Shown: positions 11,460-24,095, counted from the first letter of the whole stretch. The stretch: 63,346 bases of DNA, filler included, from Gonapodya sp. JEL0774 (GCA_027604505.1; 39 parts of 39 records of this genome joined end to end with filler, not necessarily neighbours in it), one strand, 5' to 3'. The notes: generated from the letters alone by a model not told the origin. Translations and numbers: made by a program.

Positions 11460-12691
11460 CTTGCCAGAGTACTCATCTTCCTTGAAATAGAACAGCGACC
11501 TTCGCATTCGAGATCGCATGCATAAGTGCTCCAAAGCATCTCAATCTTTGATTCCACTCCATTCCACTCACCCGTCGTACTGCTGCCGGACACTCTCTTT
11601 GGGAATCATTCCGTTTTCGTCCTTGGCGAGAAGCCACAGGAAGAGCCACTCGAATGTGGCGCCACCCCTAACAATGTTGTACACGTCAACTGAATTGGTG
11701 CACATGCGGTAGCCGAGTCCAATGGAACTTACCAGCCGACAAAGTCCCCAACATTTCTCTGGCCGCGGACCATGCGCCATAGGTCTTTCGGGTAAAGTCC
11801 GCTTGGATCAGTTGTCGCATACTTGGAGAAAATCTCTTCGAACTTTTGGGGGACAAACTATCGTGGGAAGTGTTACCACGTTGTGAGTGAGTCGGTGCAT
11901 CTTGAATTAACCGCGATAGGCCAATCGCTATCTCACCCTTCCCTCCGTGTCATACACTTCGGTATCGCTACCGTGCTTGGTTCGGTGGATGTTCTTGACG
12001 TAGATTGGCAGCAGGGGGTGCGGGAACCACGAGTCTTGGGTCCACCAGCCCAGAAAGCCAATTACGACAGCAGCGACGAGGGAAATGATGGGATTGAAAT
12101 TGAGGGCGCGAAAGCCTTAAAGCTGGCTTGGTAAGAATCGTGACTTGCAAAGACGACACGGTGTCCCGTCCAACTGTTTTCACCTTGAAATGTCTCCCAA
12201 GGCCAAATCACCCCATCCCCATCCCTATCGAAGAACTCCGCATGTTGTTGAAGAACGGAAAGATCCTTCTTCGTCTTGGCATGGTATGGTTGACCGTCAG
12301 GGTGCTGTGCGTCGGGCGCGATGGTCGCTCGTGGGGTACCAGCTTCGGGAAGAGTACGATGCAAGTCCTTAGGGACGGGCTTAGAGGAGGTGACAAGAGA
12401 GCCAAGAGCGGTGGTCTTGATTTGACACATGATGCATTCAATGGGATTTCTCACTCTACATGCGTTCATCGTTTGTGATCGATCGAGTGATTAGCTCACC
12501 TTGATGGTTTGTGTTGAACCTGGAAGCACCGTCATTGGCGTTACAGGAACGGCACGTACTGGTGTATGACCAGGAGTCCCAGTAGTATAGAATGGCTGGG
12601 TCTCGTCGTCTTTGTTGAGGTTCGCCGCCTGATAGTGGGTGATCGGCAACTGTGTGTCAGTTACGGTCTGGCGCAGGTGCGTATGATTGCA
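11460..12691 (-). CDS. Caleosin / peroxygenase
   Basis: SVLQQHAEFFDRDGDGVIWPWETF (EF-hand), NIHRTKHGSDTEVYDTEG, FVPQKFEEIFSKY, FEWLFLWLLAKDENGMIPKESVRQQYDG. Multi-exon; ends approximate. Confidence 0.9.
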
Positions 12692-13344
12692 CATTTTAGT
12701 AGTCGGAGTAATAATACTTCTGCTTGGGAAATCTTGCTGATAGCCTCCATCGTTGCTCTCTTCACTGGGCTTTGCTGATGAACTTGATGGAAAGTCTGAA
12801 GATGACATCATCGATATCAACTATAATGCATGGCTGCAGGTGCATGGTGCCTGCAGCGCTTGCTTTGCACACGCAGAACTCACGGGACCATTCGGCTCCG
12901 TAGATGGAAAGAAAGACATATGTATCGCAATATTGAAATCATTATTTGAAAACTCAAGTTAATAATTGGCTTTAGCCCAGTGACTTCCCGACCTNNNNNN
13001 NNNNNNNNNNNNNNNNNNNNNNNNNNNNNNNNNNNNNNTTAATTAATTAANNNNNNNNNNNNNNNNNNNNNNNNNNNNNNNNNNNNNNNNNNNNCTAAAA
13101 TGCACAAACAACATTTGCATACAACATATGCAAGGTGAGCGGTGAGTAGGCTAGTACGAGGATGTGATTAGTGTGCCCGATTATTATATTTGCATGCATA
13201 AGGAATGAACATACAATCAGCTCATGAAGATTGCATACAAATGCTCTTCTTCTATTGAGGTGTTCATACACTTGAGCCGATGCTAGACATGACTGGTGGA
13301 ACCCCGCGATCTAATTCGCGGTTGTTCGTCGAACAGAACAAGGT

Positions 13345-14628
13345 TCATAAGGCATTCAAGATCCGCACAACACCCCCTTCCCCAAACCCCACGTCATCCG
13401 TGACCACGACATCATACTTTTCCAGATACTCCTTTTCGAGCGCTTCTCTATGGTGATTTAAATACCCAATGGTGAGGCATACAGAGTGAGCGACGCCACT
13501 GGACATTTCGAGATCACCCAGTGAGTCGCCGAGCAGAAGAACGTTAGGGCGGTCGGAGAGGGTGTGAGAGTTGGGAAGCGATAGCTCTGACTGATGGGAA
13601 GGAGAGGCGGTATCGGTGGATTGTACATATGTACAGGACATCGGTCACCTAAAACCTGATTAACTGGACACTCACTTTTGAAAACACATGAACGAGTGGG
13701 TCTTTGAAGCCCACACAAACATTCTCCTCACTCCAAATCATGTGGTTTGCCACTACGCTCATGTTGGGCAGGAGGAGCGAGTTTTGGCGAAGGATTTCTT
13801 CGATAACATCTGTGACGAGAAAAGGCGTCGCGGGTAACAATAGGCCGCACAATAGACGCGAGTCACACCATCACATAAAAGCTCACCTGCAACACCAGCT
13901 GAAAACACCAAAACCGGTACTCCTTTCGTCTCACACGTTGTGAGCACTGTCCGGGCATCCTCTCGAAACCGCACCGGGGTGTCCTGCACCATTTGCACAA
14001 CATCTTGCCGCGTACATCCAAGTTGTACGATGAGTTCGTGTGCCTTAGTCCACCATTCCACCATGTGAGGAACCTTTTGGGCTCGGGTGAGCGTGTGAGA
14101 CGTTTCGATGGGGTAGTAGAGGCGGTAGAGGGCATCAGTGCGGGATTTGAACTGGCCCAAGGAACGAAATAATCAAGATCGTCTATTATAATCAAGGTGA
14201 TTGGTCACAGATGGTGGATACTGTCCGGGATCGCTCACCTCCGATGGAAAGTTTCGAGACCTCATCACGACACCATGACTCGACACGTTGCGCTCCATCC
14301 CATCGCCACGCAGTGTGCTCTCATCTTGGGAGTTTCCTGACCCAACTTTGACCCAGAACTTGGTCAGGGTCATATCGAAATCGGAACTCGATATGGGAGC
14401 GATCATCAGGAGTATTTAGTCATGCCCGTCATGATATCCCATCAACCCCATGGAACTCACATGACATGCAATTTGTCGCGTCCATCATGGACTATTTTCT
14501 GGAGTTTGACCTCGACGGAAGCCGGGTCACGGATGAGGATGTGTGGGTTCGATCGCGCACCGTTTGAGCCGTAAAGGAGACGGGATATCAAGGGAAAACT
14601 GGATTCCATATGCGTGAAGGATAGTAAC
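13345..14628 (-). CDS. NT5C3: Cytosolic pyrimidine 5'-nucleotidase III (HAD family)
   Basis: SDFDMTLTK, YYPIE..KVPHMVEWWTKAH, VLVFSAG, GFKDPLVHVFSK, NVLLLGDSLGDLEMSSGV..IGYLN..YDVVVTDD. Confidence 0.9.
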
Positions 14629-14929
14629 NNNNNNNNNNNNNNNNNNNNNNNNNNNNNNNNNNNNNNNNNNNNTTAATTAATTAANNNNNNNNNNNNNNNN
14701 NNNNNNNNNNNNNNNNNNNNNNNNNNNNGGATTGACTTTGCGATATCCCCGTTCTACACCCCTCAGGTGAGAGCTCTTCTGCCAAAATTCTGGCGAGATT
14801 TCATTTCGCTGATTATGAGAATCCCACTGCAATCAAAAAGAATTCTGAGTTGTTGTCCCCACAGGCACTCCACACAATCCATGCGACTCAATTTCCCCCG
14901 GCGTCTCATAAATTTCCTGTGTCTCGCAG

Positions 14930-15760
14930 GCCGTTTTAAGGGTAATTGTGGCTCCTGGGGAAACAAAACCTTTAACTGACTTCTTTCTTGTCTGCAAATA
15001 GGTGTCTTGAGATCTGCTTATCGTGAACTTATGTTTTGTCTCCGAAACAGTAGTTGCGTGGACAGGATTGACGTTTTCCGGTGAGTCCCATCGTTGTAGA
15101 TGCGAAACAGCGTAGCTTGATTCTCATTTGGAGCAAATAGCCTTCGTGATAACTAGCGTTTGGGGGAACCTACTTTTGTCCCCAAGACTGCACTGGACAA
15201 GACGGAGTGACGGATGTTTTGAGGTGAGTGTATCTTTGGAGAAGCATAACAGCATAGTTAACTCCTCATTTTGCTGCAAATAGTGTTTGCCGCAACTGGT
15301 GTGTGTGGAAATCGCGTAGACTACACGTTCGTAGACTGTAGAGGAGACGCACGTTTTCAGAGTGAGTCCGGTCATTGTGGACGCGAAACAGTGTCGCTTG
15401 ATTCTCATTATGCTGGAAATAGCGTTTGTGGTAACTAGTGTTTGCGAGAACAATTTTTTTTTGTCGCCGATAGCATTTGCCTGGACCAGACGGACGTTTT
15501 AAGGTGAGTCCCATCGTTGGAGATGCATAGCACGCAACCTTCCTTTCTCATTCTGTTGCACATAGCGTTTGTGATAGCCAGTGTTTGCCAGAACGTATGT
15601 TTATTGTTTTGTTGGCAAAACAACACTTGTGTAGTGTAGATGGACGGTCTCAGGTGAGTCCCATTGTTGGAGAAGCAACACGACGTTGCTTTTTTCTCAT
15701 TTTGCTATGAGAAGTGTTCATGACAGCCAGTGTTTGCCGGAACTCTATTTTAATGTCGCA
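14930..15760 (+). repeat. Degenerate tandem array of about six 138-150-bp units
   Basis: Recurring GACGTTTT..GGTGAGTCCCATCGTTGGAGATGC and TTCTCATTTTGCTGCAAATAGCGTTTGTGATAACTAGTGTTTGC. GT anchors at 14942, 15081, 15224, 15362, 15504 and 15654. Confidence 0.85.
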
Positions 15761-16362
15761 TTTTGTGAACTACACGCGAAGGCACGACGTAAGTCAAATG
15801 TTTGGATAAGCGATGGACCCTCTTCGACCTCTTATGTATCTTGCTGTGGGCATTTTCTGGATCACCTAGGTTCCAGGAACTTACATTCTATTGTGGCACG
15901 TGCTCCTGCGTGAATGACACCACGATGACTGATGGTTTTAGGTAAGTTGATTTCGTATTAGATGAGTCGTTCATAGCTCATTCTTCTGTGAATCCCACTT
16001 TCGGGATTACTGGGGTGCTTAACGCGCTTTCAAAAACAACAGGGGATGGGTCGGGAAGAGGCAGGTAAGTCAACGATATCATAGCCATGTCTGATGTAAA
16101 TATTTGTCCCAATTACATAAGCATTGTAATACATTACAGTCCGCATACATGTTCCTGTGATTCAATCACTTGTGCTCTCACAAACGACAGACAACCGCCG
16201 GACAGGTTTTTGCTTTATTTGACGCAAGTGCCATTGTGAACTCCACGCATATTGCACAACCANNNNNNNNNNNNNNNNNNNNNNNNNNNNNNNNNNNNNN
16301 NNNNNNTTAATTAATTAANNNNNNNNNNNNNNNNNNNNNNNNNNNNNNNNNNNNNNNNNNNN

Positions 16363-17896
16363 AGTGTGGCAGAGAACGCTGCGAGTCTTGCGGACATGCT
16401 GGACCGGGCAAAAGATGCACTGAGGAGAAAGCGAAAGTCAGGTGGTGAGGGTGGGAAAGATCGTGTCCTGCGAACAGAGAGAGGGTTGGAACGGGCATCC
16501 ACAGTTGGAGCTCTTGACGGACATGAACTGGCGCAGCAGAGTGAACAGACTAAAACTCCGGCGCAGCAGACTGTACAGGCTAAACCGCCGATGGCCCCAG
16601 CACATTCCGATCAAGTTTCGCCCACAAGCGTCGTCGGTGCTTTAGGGTCTGGACTTGCCGTCCCTCCCGTCCGGCCTGCAAAGTTGGACAGCTTCTCGGA
16701 TCAATTTTCGGACCCAGATTTTGATTTTGCAGAACTCGACAAGTGGGAACAGGCAATGCGTGGTGGTGTAGTCAGTGCTGGGAAGGATTCTGGAGTAGAT
16801 CTTGGGCCTACCTCAGGAGGCACCAGCAGGAGTTCCTCAGAGTCAGCCGTGATACCAAATGTCAAGGATTACGTCCGTCTGGTGGCCGTTGAGGTACGAA
16901 CTGAAATGGCAGCCGACGGTGCAGTGGAGAAGATGGTGCGTTGCGTGGATGAGGATGGGTCAGGGGAGAAGGTAGTGATATTGAGGGACATTTGGCTGGA
17001 GACCGATTTGGCGGTTGGTGAGTTGTGCGATCACGCAGCCTCTGCGAACAACCCTTTAGTCTTACCTTCCTTTCCTGTGTCCCTCCCAATATGAAAGGTG
17101 ACCTTTTCAACGCGATTGGACTCTTTCGCTCCTCCACTGACCCACCTTACTCTCCGACTCTTGTCCTTTCCCTCTCGTCGCCCGGACTTCTCATCCTTCA
17201 TCCCGACCTTCTCCTCTCCGCCACGTCCGTCGCCGAACGATGCCCCCGGCGAGCCGCTCTTGATGCTCGTGTCAGTCGCGGTCGCGATCCCGGGGCAGCT
17301 GCGGCTGTGATTGGCGGTATAGCACACTCTGTGGCTCAAGGGATGCTGGTTGCTGGTATATTTGACGAGACAAGGATGAGGGAGGAAGGAAAGCACTGCG
17401 TGGAAGACAAAGTGGAAGACGTGTGGAGTGTCGGGTTGGATGAGAAGGAGGCAACTAGACAGGTCGAGAGTGGGCTGTCTGGATTTGTTGATTGGGGAAT
17501 GAAGTTCGTGGGGCCAGTACCCCAGGTGAATGGTTGTACATCTCTTCGTGCAGTTCAAGTGTCAAATTGTGTTGTTCTTTGATTAGCCGGACGCAATCCC
17601 CGCCTCCCGCGGTCGCTCTAAACACAATCCTGTCCCTGTCTCTATCTGCAAGGTTGTCGATATCGAAGAGACCATCTGGTCCCCGAAACTTGGTTTGAAA
17701 GGGCGGATAGATGCTACGGTGCAGCTACGCTCGCGGAAGCACGGTGGACAAGGTTTCATGACCAGCCTTGCTCCCCTCGAGATAAAAACTGGGAAGCCAG
17801 ATTTGAGATCTGAACACGTCGCTCAAACAATGCTCTATGCCTCTGCTCTTGGAGAAAGATATGGTATGTTCTCTCGATCAAGCATCACACGTCACG
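16363..17896 (+). CDS. DNA2: DNA replication helicase/nuclease Dna2, internal part
   Basis: VILRDIWLETD, LLILHPDLLLSATSVAERCPRRAAL, DIEETIWSPKLGLKGRIDATV, PLEIKTGK..EHVAQTMLY; introns. Confidence 0.92.
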
Positions 17897-18669
17897 NNNN
17901 NNNNNNNNNNNNNNNNNNNNNNNNNNNNNNNNNNNNNNNNTTAATTAATTAANNNNNNNNNNNNNNNNNNNNNNNNNNNNNNNNNNNNNNNNNNNNGATG
18001 GTTGATCCGCAATGAACTGTCCTCCAATTGTCACTTAGCCAAATCTGGGTAGCCGCAACCCAAGTTTTATCTCCCGAGACGAAAGTGCGAGCGCGCCTGG
18101 ATCGGCCATTCACGCGAAGAGACGAACGGAACACAAGGCTCGTATCGTCACATTGAACTAGATATCATTCTCCTGAAACCGTTTTCACGCACAGGATGAT
18201 GGGTAATGTGCTCAACGTGCCCCGGTTCACACCAGTTGTGGAGACGCCCGCAAACATGACGTGCTGCTTAGGAAGTCACACAAAACGCAGCTCACGGCAG
18301 GTGTTCTATGAGAAATATATGTGCCCGAACCACGCAGAAACTTCAAGGTGTTGGTCGCATTCGACGGCAGTACTTGTTCTTCCCCTGTGCATTAGCTGGG
18401 AGCAGGGTCTATCGGGGCGGTGGTGCCGATTTGCCGAACCGGCGCCTTGAAACGTTTCACGCGGTTTCCAACAGCCCTCACAACAGCTGAACTGATACTC
18501 TGAACTTCGGTACTTGACCCCATCGAAGCGCGAAGCTCATTTTTCAACATTGATACTTCACAATGACCATTCCAGAGGTGTGTACCGTCAGGCTCGGGCA
18601 AGGTCCGTGCCATTTCGATCGAAGATTCTGACCCCTTCTCGTCTTCAAAAACAACGTGGTAATCAGACA

Positions 18670-19529
18670 ATGAAGGCTCTCGTCATGACGGGCGTCGCTC
18701 AACCATTGAAAGTTGAGTCGGTGCCGACGCCCAAGCCTGGAGCAGGTCAAGTCTTGGTGAAGATTGAAGCCTGCGGTGTTTGCCATACCGTAAGTACGCT
18801 ACCATGGAGTAATATTCTTTCTTGAACACTTCGATGTGCAATACTCTGTCTGGTAGGATGAACTTTACTGGAAAATCGGTCCTTACCCCAACGCTACATA
18901 CCCTCACGTATTGGGGCATGAAGGAGCAGGCACTGTTGCTCAGCTCGGTGAAGGCGTCACCGGATGGAAAATAGGGGACAGGGTAAGCAATCGCGGTGAT
19001 TCTTCCACCTCACTCTGGTCTAATCAGGATCACTCGTCCTCTAAGGTGTCGGTTCCAATGCACTCTGGATCTTGCGGCGAGTGCTCCTACTGTGAAGAAG
19101 GCGTGGTATCCCAATGTCCAAAGAAGAAATGGCACGCCGCGGAAGTCTGGGGCTGCTTGTGAGATATGCTTCCACTCCGGTGTCTGCATCAAAAACTGAC
19201 CCACCTTGCGGGTATTTCCTACTCAGTGCTGAATATGTAGTGACAAATCCGAACACCATCGTACCCATTGCTGACGGTGTCTCTTTTGAAAAGGCCGGAC
19301 CTTGCGGATGGTACGGATGGGGATTATGCTCACTTGCAATTGTTTCTATAATCACTTCCTCCACTCCCACAGTGCTGGTGTTACTGTTGTAGGCGCCATC
19401 CGACGAGCGAATGTTCCCAAAGGTGGCTGGGTTGGATTCTCTGGCGCTGGGGGTCTCGGGTTGATGGGGGTGCAGGTGGCGAAAGCACTAGGTTACAAGG
19501 TACGCTCGCTGGGATTTTAACAAGCACAC
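18670..19529 (+). CDS. Zinc-dependent alcohol dehydrogenase (MDR), 5' part
   Basis: MKALV..VLVKIEACGVCHT|D, GHEGAGTV, CGECSYCEEG..QC, SGAGGLGLMGVQVAKALG; introns. Confidence 0.92.
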
Positions 19530-19629
19530 NNNNNNNNNNNNNNNNNNNNNNNNNNNNNNNNNNNNNNNNNNNNTTAATTAATTAANNNNNNNNNNNNNNN
19601 NNNNNNNNNNNNNNNNNNNNNNNNNNNNN

Positions 19630-21162
19630 TAACACAGTCATGACAGACACCCACCGTCGGCGCTTTTATCCCACACAAACATCCCTCCTCGGTGTCCCGT
19701 CGCAACCACTCTATTCCCACCGCGGGCAAACTTTGCAGAATAAAACCCGACACCAGATTCACCAGCAGCCGTACCGAGTCGTGTCATGGGCAGCCATATG
19801 GAAGAGTTGGATTGGATATCTGAAGACGCAGACGCTTGGACTGAGGGAGCCCATAGGATGATGGTTTTGTCAGCGGAGGAGGAGAGTAGGACGAGTGGTT
19901 GGGTTGGGTGTGCAGAGTCTGACCAAGCCATGTCATGAAATACGTTTGCCGGGGGAGATCGGCGTACGCCAAATGAATGCATTTGTCGTGCACCGACGAA
20001 TTGCTCCAATCACAGCAACAGATCACTCACCGTCCGAAAACACCGGAGGGTGCCATTCCACAGAGTGCACCCAATCGTCATGTGAGATGAGCACCGAATC
20101 GAGGACCACTGAGTATCTATTTTTGCCGCTACGTGGTGGTCACAGAAAGTACGATGTGCATGATGTGTGAGATTAGGTACACATGTGACACACAGATAGC
20201 ACGTACCCAGAGAGTGACGGGGCGTCAAAAACGTGAGCTTTGGTGGAGAGTTGGATCCCCGAGTCTGCCCTGGGAGTGTGTAGAGGATTGAAAACGAATG
20301 AAAACAGTGCAGTTGAAGTCAGTTGAGAAAGCCTCGTGACAAGGTAATACAAGCGACGTATACATGAGACAACCACTCAATGTAACAGAATCTTGCTTGA
20401 CCTCACACTCCGGATAATCCTACAAATGTGGTTCGGACAAACGCTCCGCCTTGCACTTCCCTCCTTCCCCGCCCATCAAAATTGAATGATCCATGCAGCC
20501 GCAGTATCCACCGACTCCCCAGAGCACTCCGAATACCACAAGTAAAAAAGAGGACTCACATCTCCGCCTCTGCTAATGATTCGAGCATCAAATCGTTCAG
20601 GTCCACATCCGCCGTCAAGTCCACACCTCCTTCGTCCTCTCGGTCCGCATCGTCGACACTCTCTGCTACCTGGTTGCGCTGATCTGCCGTGTCCGGGATC
20701 GACGATGGTACACCACCGGCCGCGGAAGTGGACGGGGTGGCTGCGGCGAGGATCTCCGAGAGTTTCCATATCCGTACGTACCGATCTTGAGACGCGGTGG
20801 CGACGAAGATGTGGTCTGGGTTCGAGGAGTGCGTCTGTGACAAGGCGGAAGTTGAAGAGGTACGCGACGAGAGAGGGTATGATACAGCGATGGACCGGAT
20901 CCAGTCGGTGTGGCCTTGGAGGGTGGTTGTCGAGTGGAACTGCGGGTGACGTGAAAATGGGAAAGCAGGGTTGGTATGGATTTGAGGTTTGTTTTATGGT
21001 GAGGCACTGCCGAGTGTAGTGTGAAGTATCCAACTACATACTGTGTGGTCACCTATGGCTTGAGAATAGACGTGCAGGCGATTATCTGTGTTTCCAGAGA
21101 GTAGGAGACAAGCTGGTAGGGCGAAGACAGGTGGGTCGGGGGAGCACATAAATACAGTTTGA
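19630..21162 (-). CDS. ELP2: Elongator complex subunit 2 (WD40), internal part
   Basis: GHTDWIRS..VATASQDRYVRIWKL, GHDDWVHSVEWHP, LLSSSADKTIILWAP..WLPMTRLG..GFYSAKF. Confidence 0.88.
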
Positions 21163-21506
21163 NNNNNNNNNNNNNNNNNNNNNNNNNNNNNNNNNNNNNN
21201 NNNNNNTTAATTAATTAANNNNNNNNNNNNNNNNNNNNNNNNNNNNNNNNNNNNNNNNNNNNCTTATTGGTGAGATGTTCAAAGTATACTGAGTGTCGTG
21301 AGATCGAATTTCGGTATGTATATTGCAGATCAAACAACATATTAGGTTTATCCAAAACTCTCAAGCAGAAGTCCCCTTCATTTACATATTTTCTTACAAA
21401 CCACGACCTAACCCAACTCGTAACACCACTGGTTCGCTCCCAATCACCATGCCAGTTGTGTTCACTCCTTGCCCCCGACACACGTCTTCTCGATCGTCCT
21501 TGGCCA

Positions 21507-22162
21507 ATGGCCATTGGCAACCGCGGGCTCACGTTCGTGGTGATCCTTCTTGTACTTAATGCTTGCGTCCCCACCACGTGGGCGGTGACTCGGGCGTATC
21601 ACGCTCAGCACGGGGCGTGGCTCAAGGCGTGTCCGGGTGATATGAGGATCAACATCATCGTCGATGTCTCTGTCGAGTAAGCAACCGTCGTACATGTGTG
21701 GTAGTGGTGAAAGTTTGTTTCATACTCCAACGTTGCGCGCACTGCATCGGATACACATGTGGCGCCATTCTCCCGTCCTTCAGGGAGGTGCCCGGCAGTG
21801 TCGCCGGGAACAAGTACAGTTCTTTCGATATCAACAGCTTGCGGATCACGAATTTCAAGTACACGCAGGCCCACTGCAACCCCACTGCCGGCTGCGTTGT
21901 CAACAACGTCACGCCGGCAGGACCACTCGTGACGAACGTGGTCCGTGATCCGAAGTCGTGCCTCGGATTGCTCGCTTCCTTAAAAGTGGGGTTCAAGATC
22001 ACCGTGACACTAACAGGAGGTCAAACGACCGAGGAGTGGGTGGAGAGGGTGCTGTCTTTCCACTTGCCCAACAGGGGTTTGATTGAGAGCGGGAAGAAGG
22101 CTTCAACAGGTGTGGCAACGTTCGTCACTGTCCGTCAACAGGTGGACACGTGTTCGGTATGA
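21507..22162 (+). CDS. Small secreted protein of unknown function (about 182 aa, 2 exons)
   Basis: Signal-peptide-like MAIGNRGLTFVVILLVLNACVPTTWA. Intron 21677-21783 (GTAAGC..TTCAG) joins in frame to EVPGSVAG..DTCSV-stop. Confidence 0.65.
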
Positions 22163-23035
22163 AAGTTTATATGAAACTACAGCAAAGGCATAAGCCTGAT
22201 GCTGTAGTTTGTCTCATAATGTGTTGGTTTACGAGAAGTACAATAGAGTGATCGAGTTGAACCTTTTGTTTTCTGCACAAGGAAGATCACTAGGTCGCCT
22301 CGAGACGGATCCCCCCAGCTCCATTCAAGCGGAGCGATGTTCTTTGGAGCCAGAACTAAGCTTGATTATGATCTGGAAGGCGTTCAAGTCTCCTCCCGGT
22401 GTGTGGTACTTCGTGTTCAAACTGAGCTGAAATATTATCGAAAGCACTCAAACGTATATCCACCCACACACATCAGATTGCTTTGATGAGCCTGCACAAC
22501 TAGCAATACTTGGTTATGTTTCTACACACCCGGGCAAAGCACAAAGCACCACCTGGACCAAACCCCTTCAGCGGCTACGCGAACGTCACCTCCTCTGCCT
22601 CTTACTGCTGCCTCCACCACCACCACTGACTACCTCGTCAAACTCCAACCCGAGGCCGAAATCCGTCGCTGGACCATGTCACACGGGTTACGACGAGGTG
22701 CGAGTCGATCACACAGAGGAGTGAGGGGGTCGGGGATATATCGATGCGATTCGTCAGATTTTCGTTCACGGATGGATAAGAAGGGACCAACCCNNNNNNN
22801 NNNNNNNNNNNNNNNNNNNNNNNNNNNNNNNNNNNNNTTAATTAATTAANNNNNNNNNNNNNNNNNNNNNNNNNNNNNNNNNNNNNNNNNNNNGAAAAAA
22901 TCCTAATTATTTTGGAGCAAAAAGCGCATAGGTAATAAGTTGTGTGTGAAGTAAAGTGTAGTAAAAGTTAGTTCGCTCGTTCAGTTCCTGAAAACCATCC
23001 CTCAATCAATCGATTGTTGATATCAATATAAAGTA

Positions 23036-23530
23036 ATGTTGGAGAAGCAACTCACGAAATACTGCGGTCTGAGATGGATCGCATTCCCAATCACGTTGAA
23101 GTAGAGCGTGGAGCACCAAAGGACTGGCAAAAGCTCACGCTGGAGACTGCACATAGTCCGTCCACTCGGAATGCCATTGCCATCCAAACCGGTGCGGGAT
23201 CAGGCATCGTCGTAGTTGACGTCGACGATGTGGAAGGGGGTAGAAAGGGCGAGACGGCGCCTGACACAGTGACTGCCCACTCGCACCGCGCTGGTTACCA
23301 CTATTATTTTCACTTCTCGGAGGAGATTGCGGACCTGAAGTCTACGCCGGCGGGTGCGTCGACGTGCGCAAAAAAAGGAATGATCATTGCTCCGCCAAGC
23401 ACATTCCAGGTTCCTGGAGAGCCTGCATAACGCGAGTATATGTTGGATGAGGGCAAGGCACCTTGTGAACGTGAGCTGAGTGAGATGCCTGCCTGGCTAG
23501 TGAACGGACTCCGATCAAACGGGAGGAGAA
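23036..23530 (+). pseudogene. Degenerate bifunctional DNA primase/polymerase (Prim-Pol) copy
   Basis: MLEKQLTKYCGLRWIAFPITLK* (TGG>TAG at 23102), NAIAIQTGAGSGIVVVDVDD, GYHYYF, GMIIAPPS, TAA at 23428, WLVNGLRS. Colinear with the minus-strand copy, with deletions. Confidence 0.85.
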
Positions 23531-24095
23531 CACCGACGTTGCGTCCGTCTGATCCTCCTCCTACACTGGATCGCAGCGCATTTACTAACCAGACAGGTAT
23601 CGTAGCCAAGCCTCGCTCCCACGGCGACTTGCCTTTAAACCAGCTGTATGTGCGTGGCGTCGTCTCCCCAGGTACTTGAAATGCACTTGGTGGAGCTATG
23701 ATCATCCCTCCTTGGTTCCGCACGTCCACGCACCCGCCAAGCAAAGCAGACGTGGACTTCAGGTCCGCGACCTTCTCTGAGTACTGGAAATAGTAATGGA
23801 AACCACCCCGTTGCGACCGGGCTGTCACAGTCTCTGGCACACTCTCGCCCTCTTCACCAAGGATCTGATGCCACCCGTCAACGTTATCCACGTCGACAAC
23901 AACGATGCCCGAGATCGCACCCGTGTGAATGGCAACGGCATTACGAGCAGGCAAACCCTGTACACTCGTCAAAGTGAGCTTCGGCCAGTCCTTTGGAGGA
24001 ATGAGCTCCTTCTTCCCCTTCGAGTCGTTCCATTTCAACGTGATTGGGAACGCTATCCATCCCAGATCCCAGTACCTTGCAAGCTCTTGGGCCAT
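23310..24095 (-). CDS. Bifunctional DNA primase/polymerase N-terminal domain (Prim-Pol, AEP superfamily)
   Basis: LGWIAFPI, NAVAIHTGAISGIVVVDVDN, TARSQRGGFHYYFQY, VDVRNQGGMIIAPPS, IPVWLVNAL. Intronless; the last 75 or so codons are antisense of the pseudogene copy. Confidence 0.88.
   Translation of the reverse strand: MAQELARYWDLGWIAFPITLKWNDSKGKKELIPPKDWPKLTLTSVQGLPARNAVAIHTGAISGIVVVDVDNVDGWHQILGEEGESVPETVTARSQRGGFHYYFQYSEKVADLKSTSALLGGCVDVRNQGGMIIAPPSAFQVPGETTPRTYSWFKGKSPWERGLATIPVWLVNALRSSVGGGSDGRNVGVLLPFDRSPFTSQAGISLSSRSQGALPSSNIYSRYAGSPGTWNVLGGAMIIPFFAHVDAPAGVDFRSAISSEK

Noticed and set aside
15002..15653. Repeat units as exons of an intact repeat protein, or as CRISPR-like spacers
   Set aside because: Exon-like lengths (79, 83, 78, 81, 88) break frame and contain stops. 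The variable parts resemble one another, and no cas genes are present.
21503..21518. Perfect 16-bp palindrome GCCAATGGCCATTGGC over a start codon
   Set aside because: Single occurrence with no supporting context; plausible by chance in 63 kb.
23036..24095. Inverted Prim-Pol pair as a simple amplification fold-back artefact
   Set aside because: The arms differ by many substitutions, deletions and stops, whereas a fold-back copy would be nearly identical. A chimera between paralogues is not excluded.
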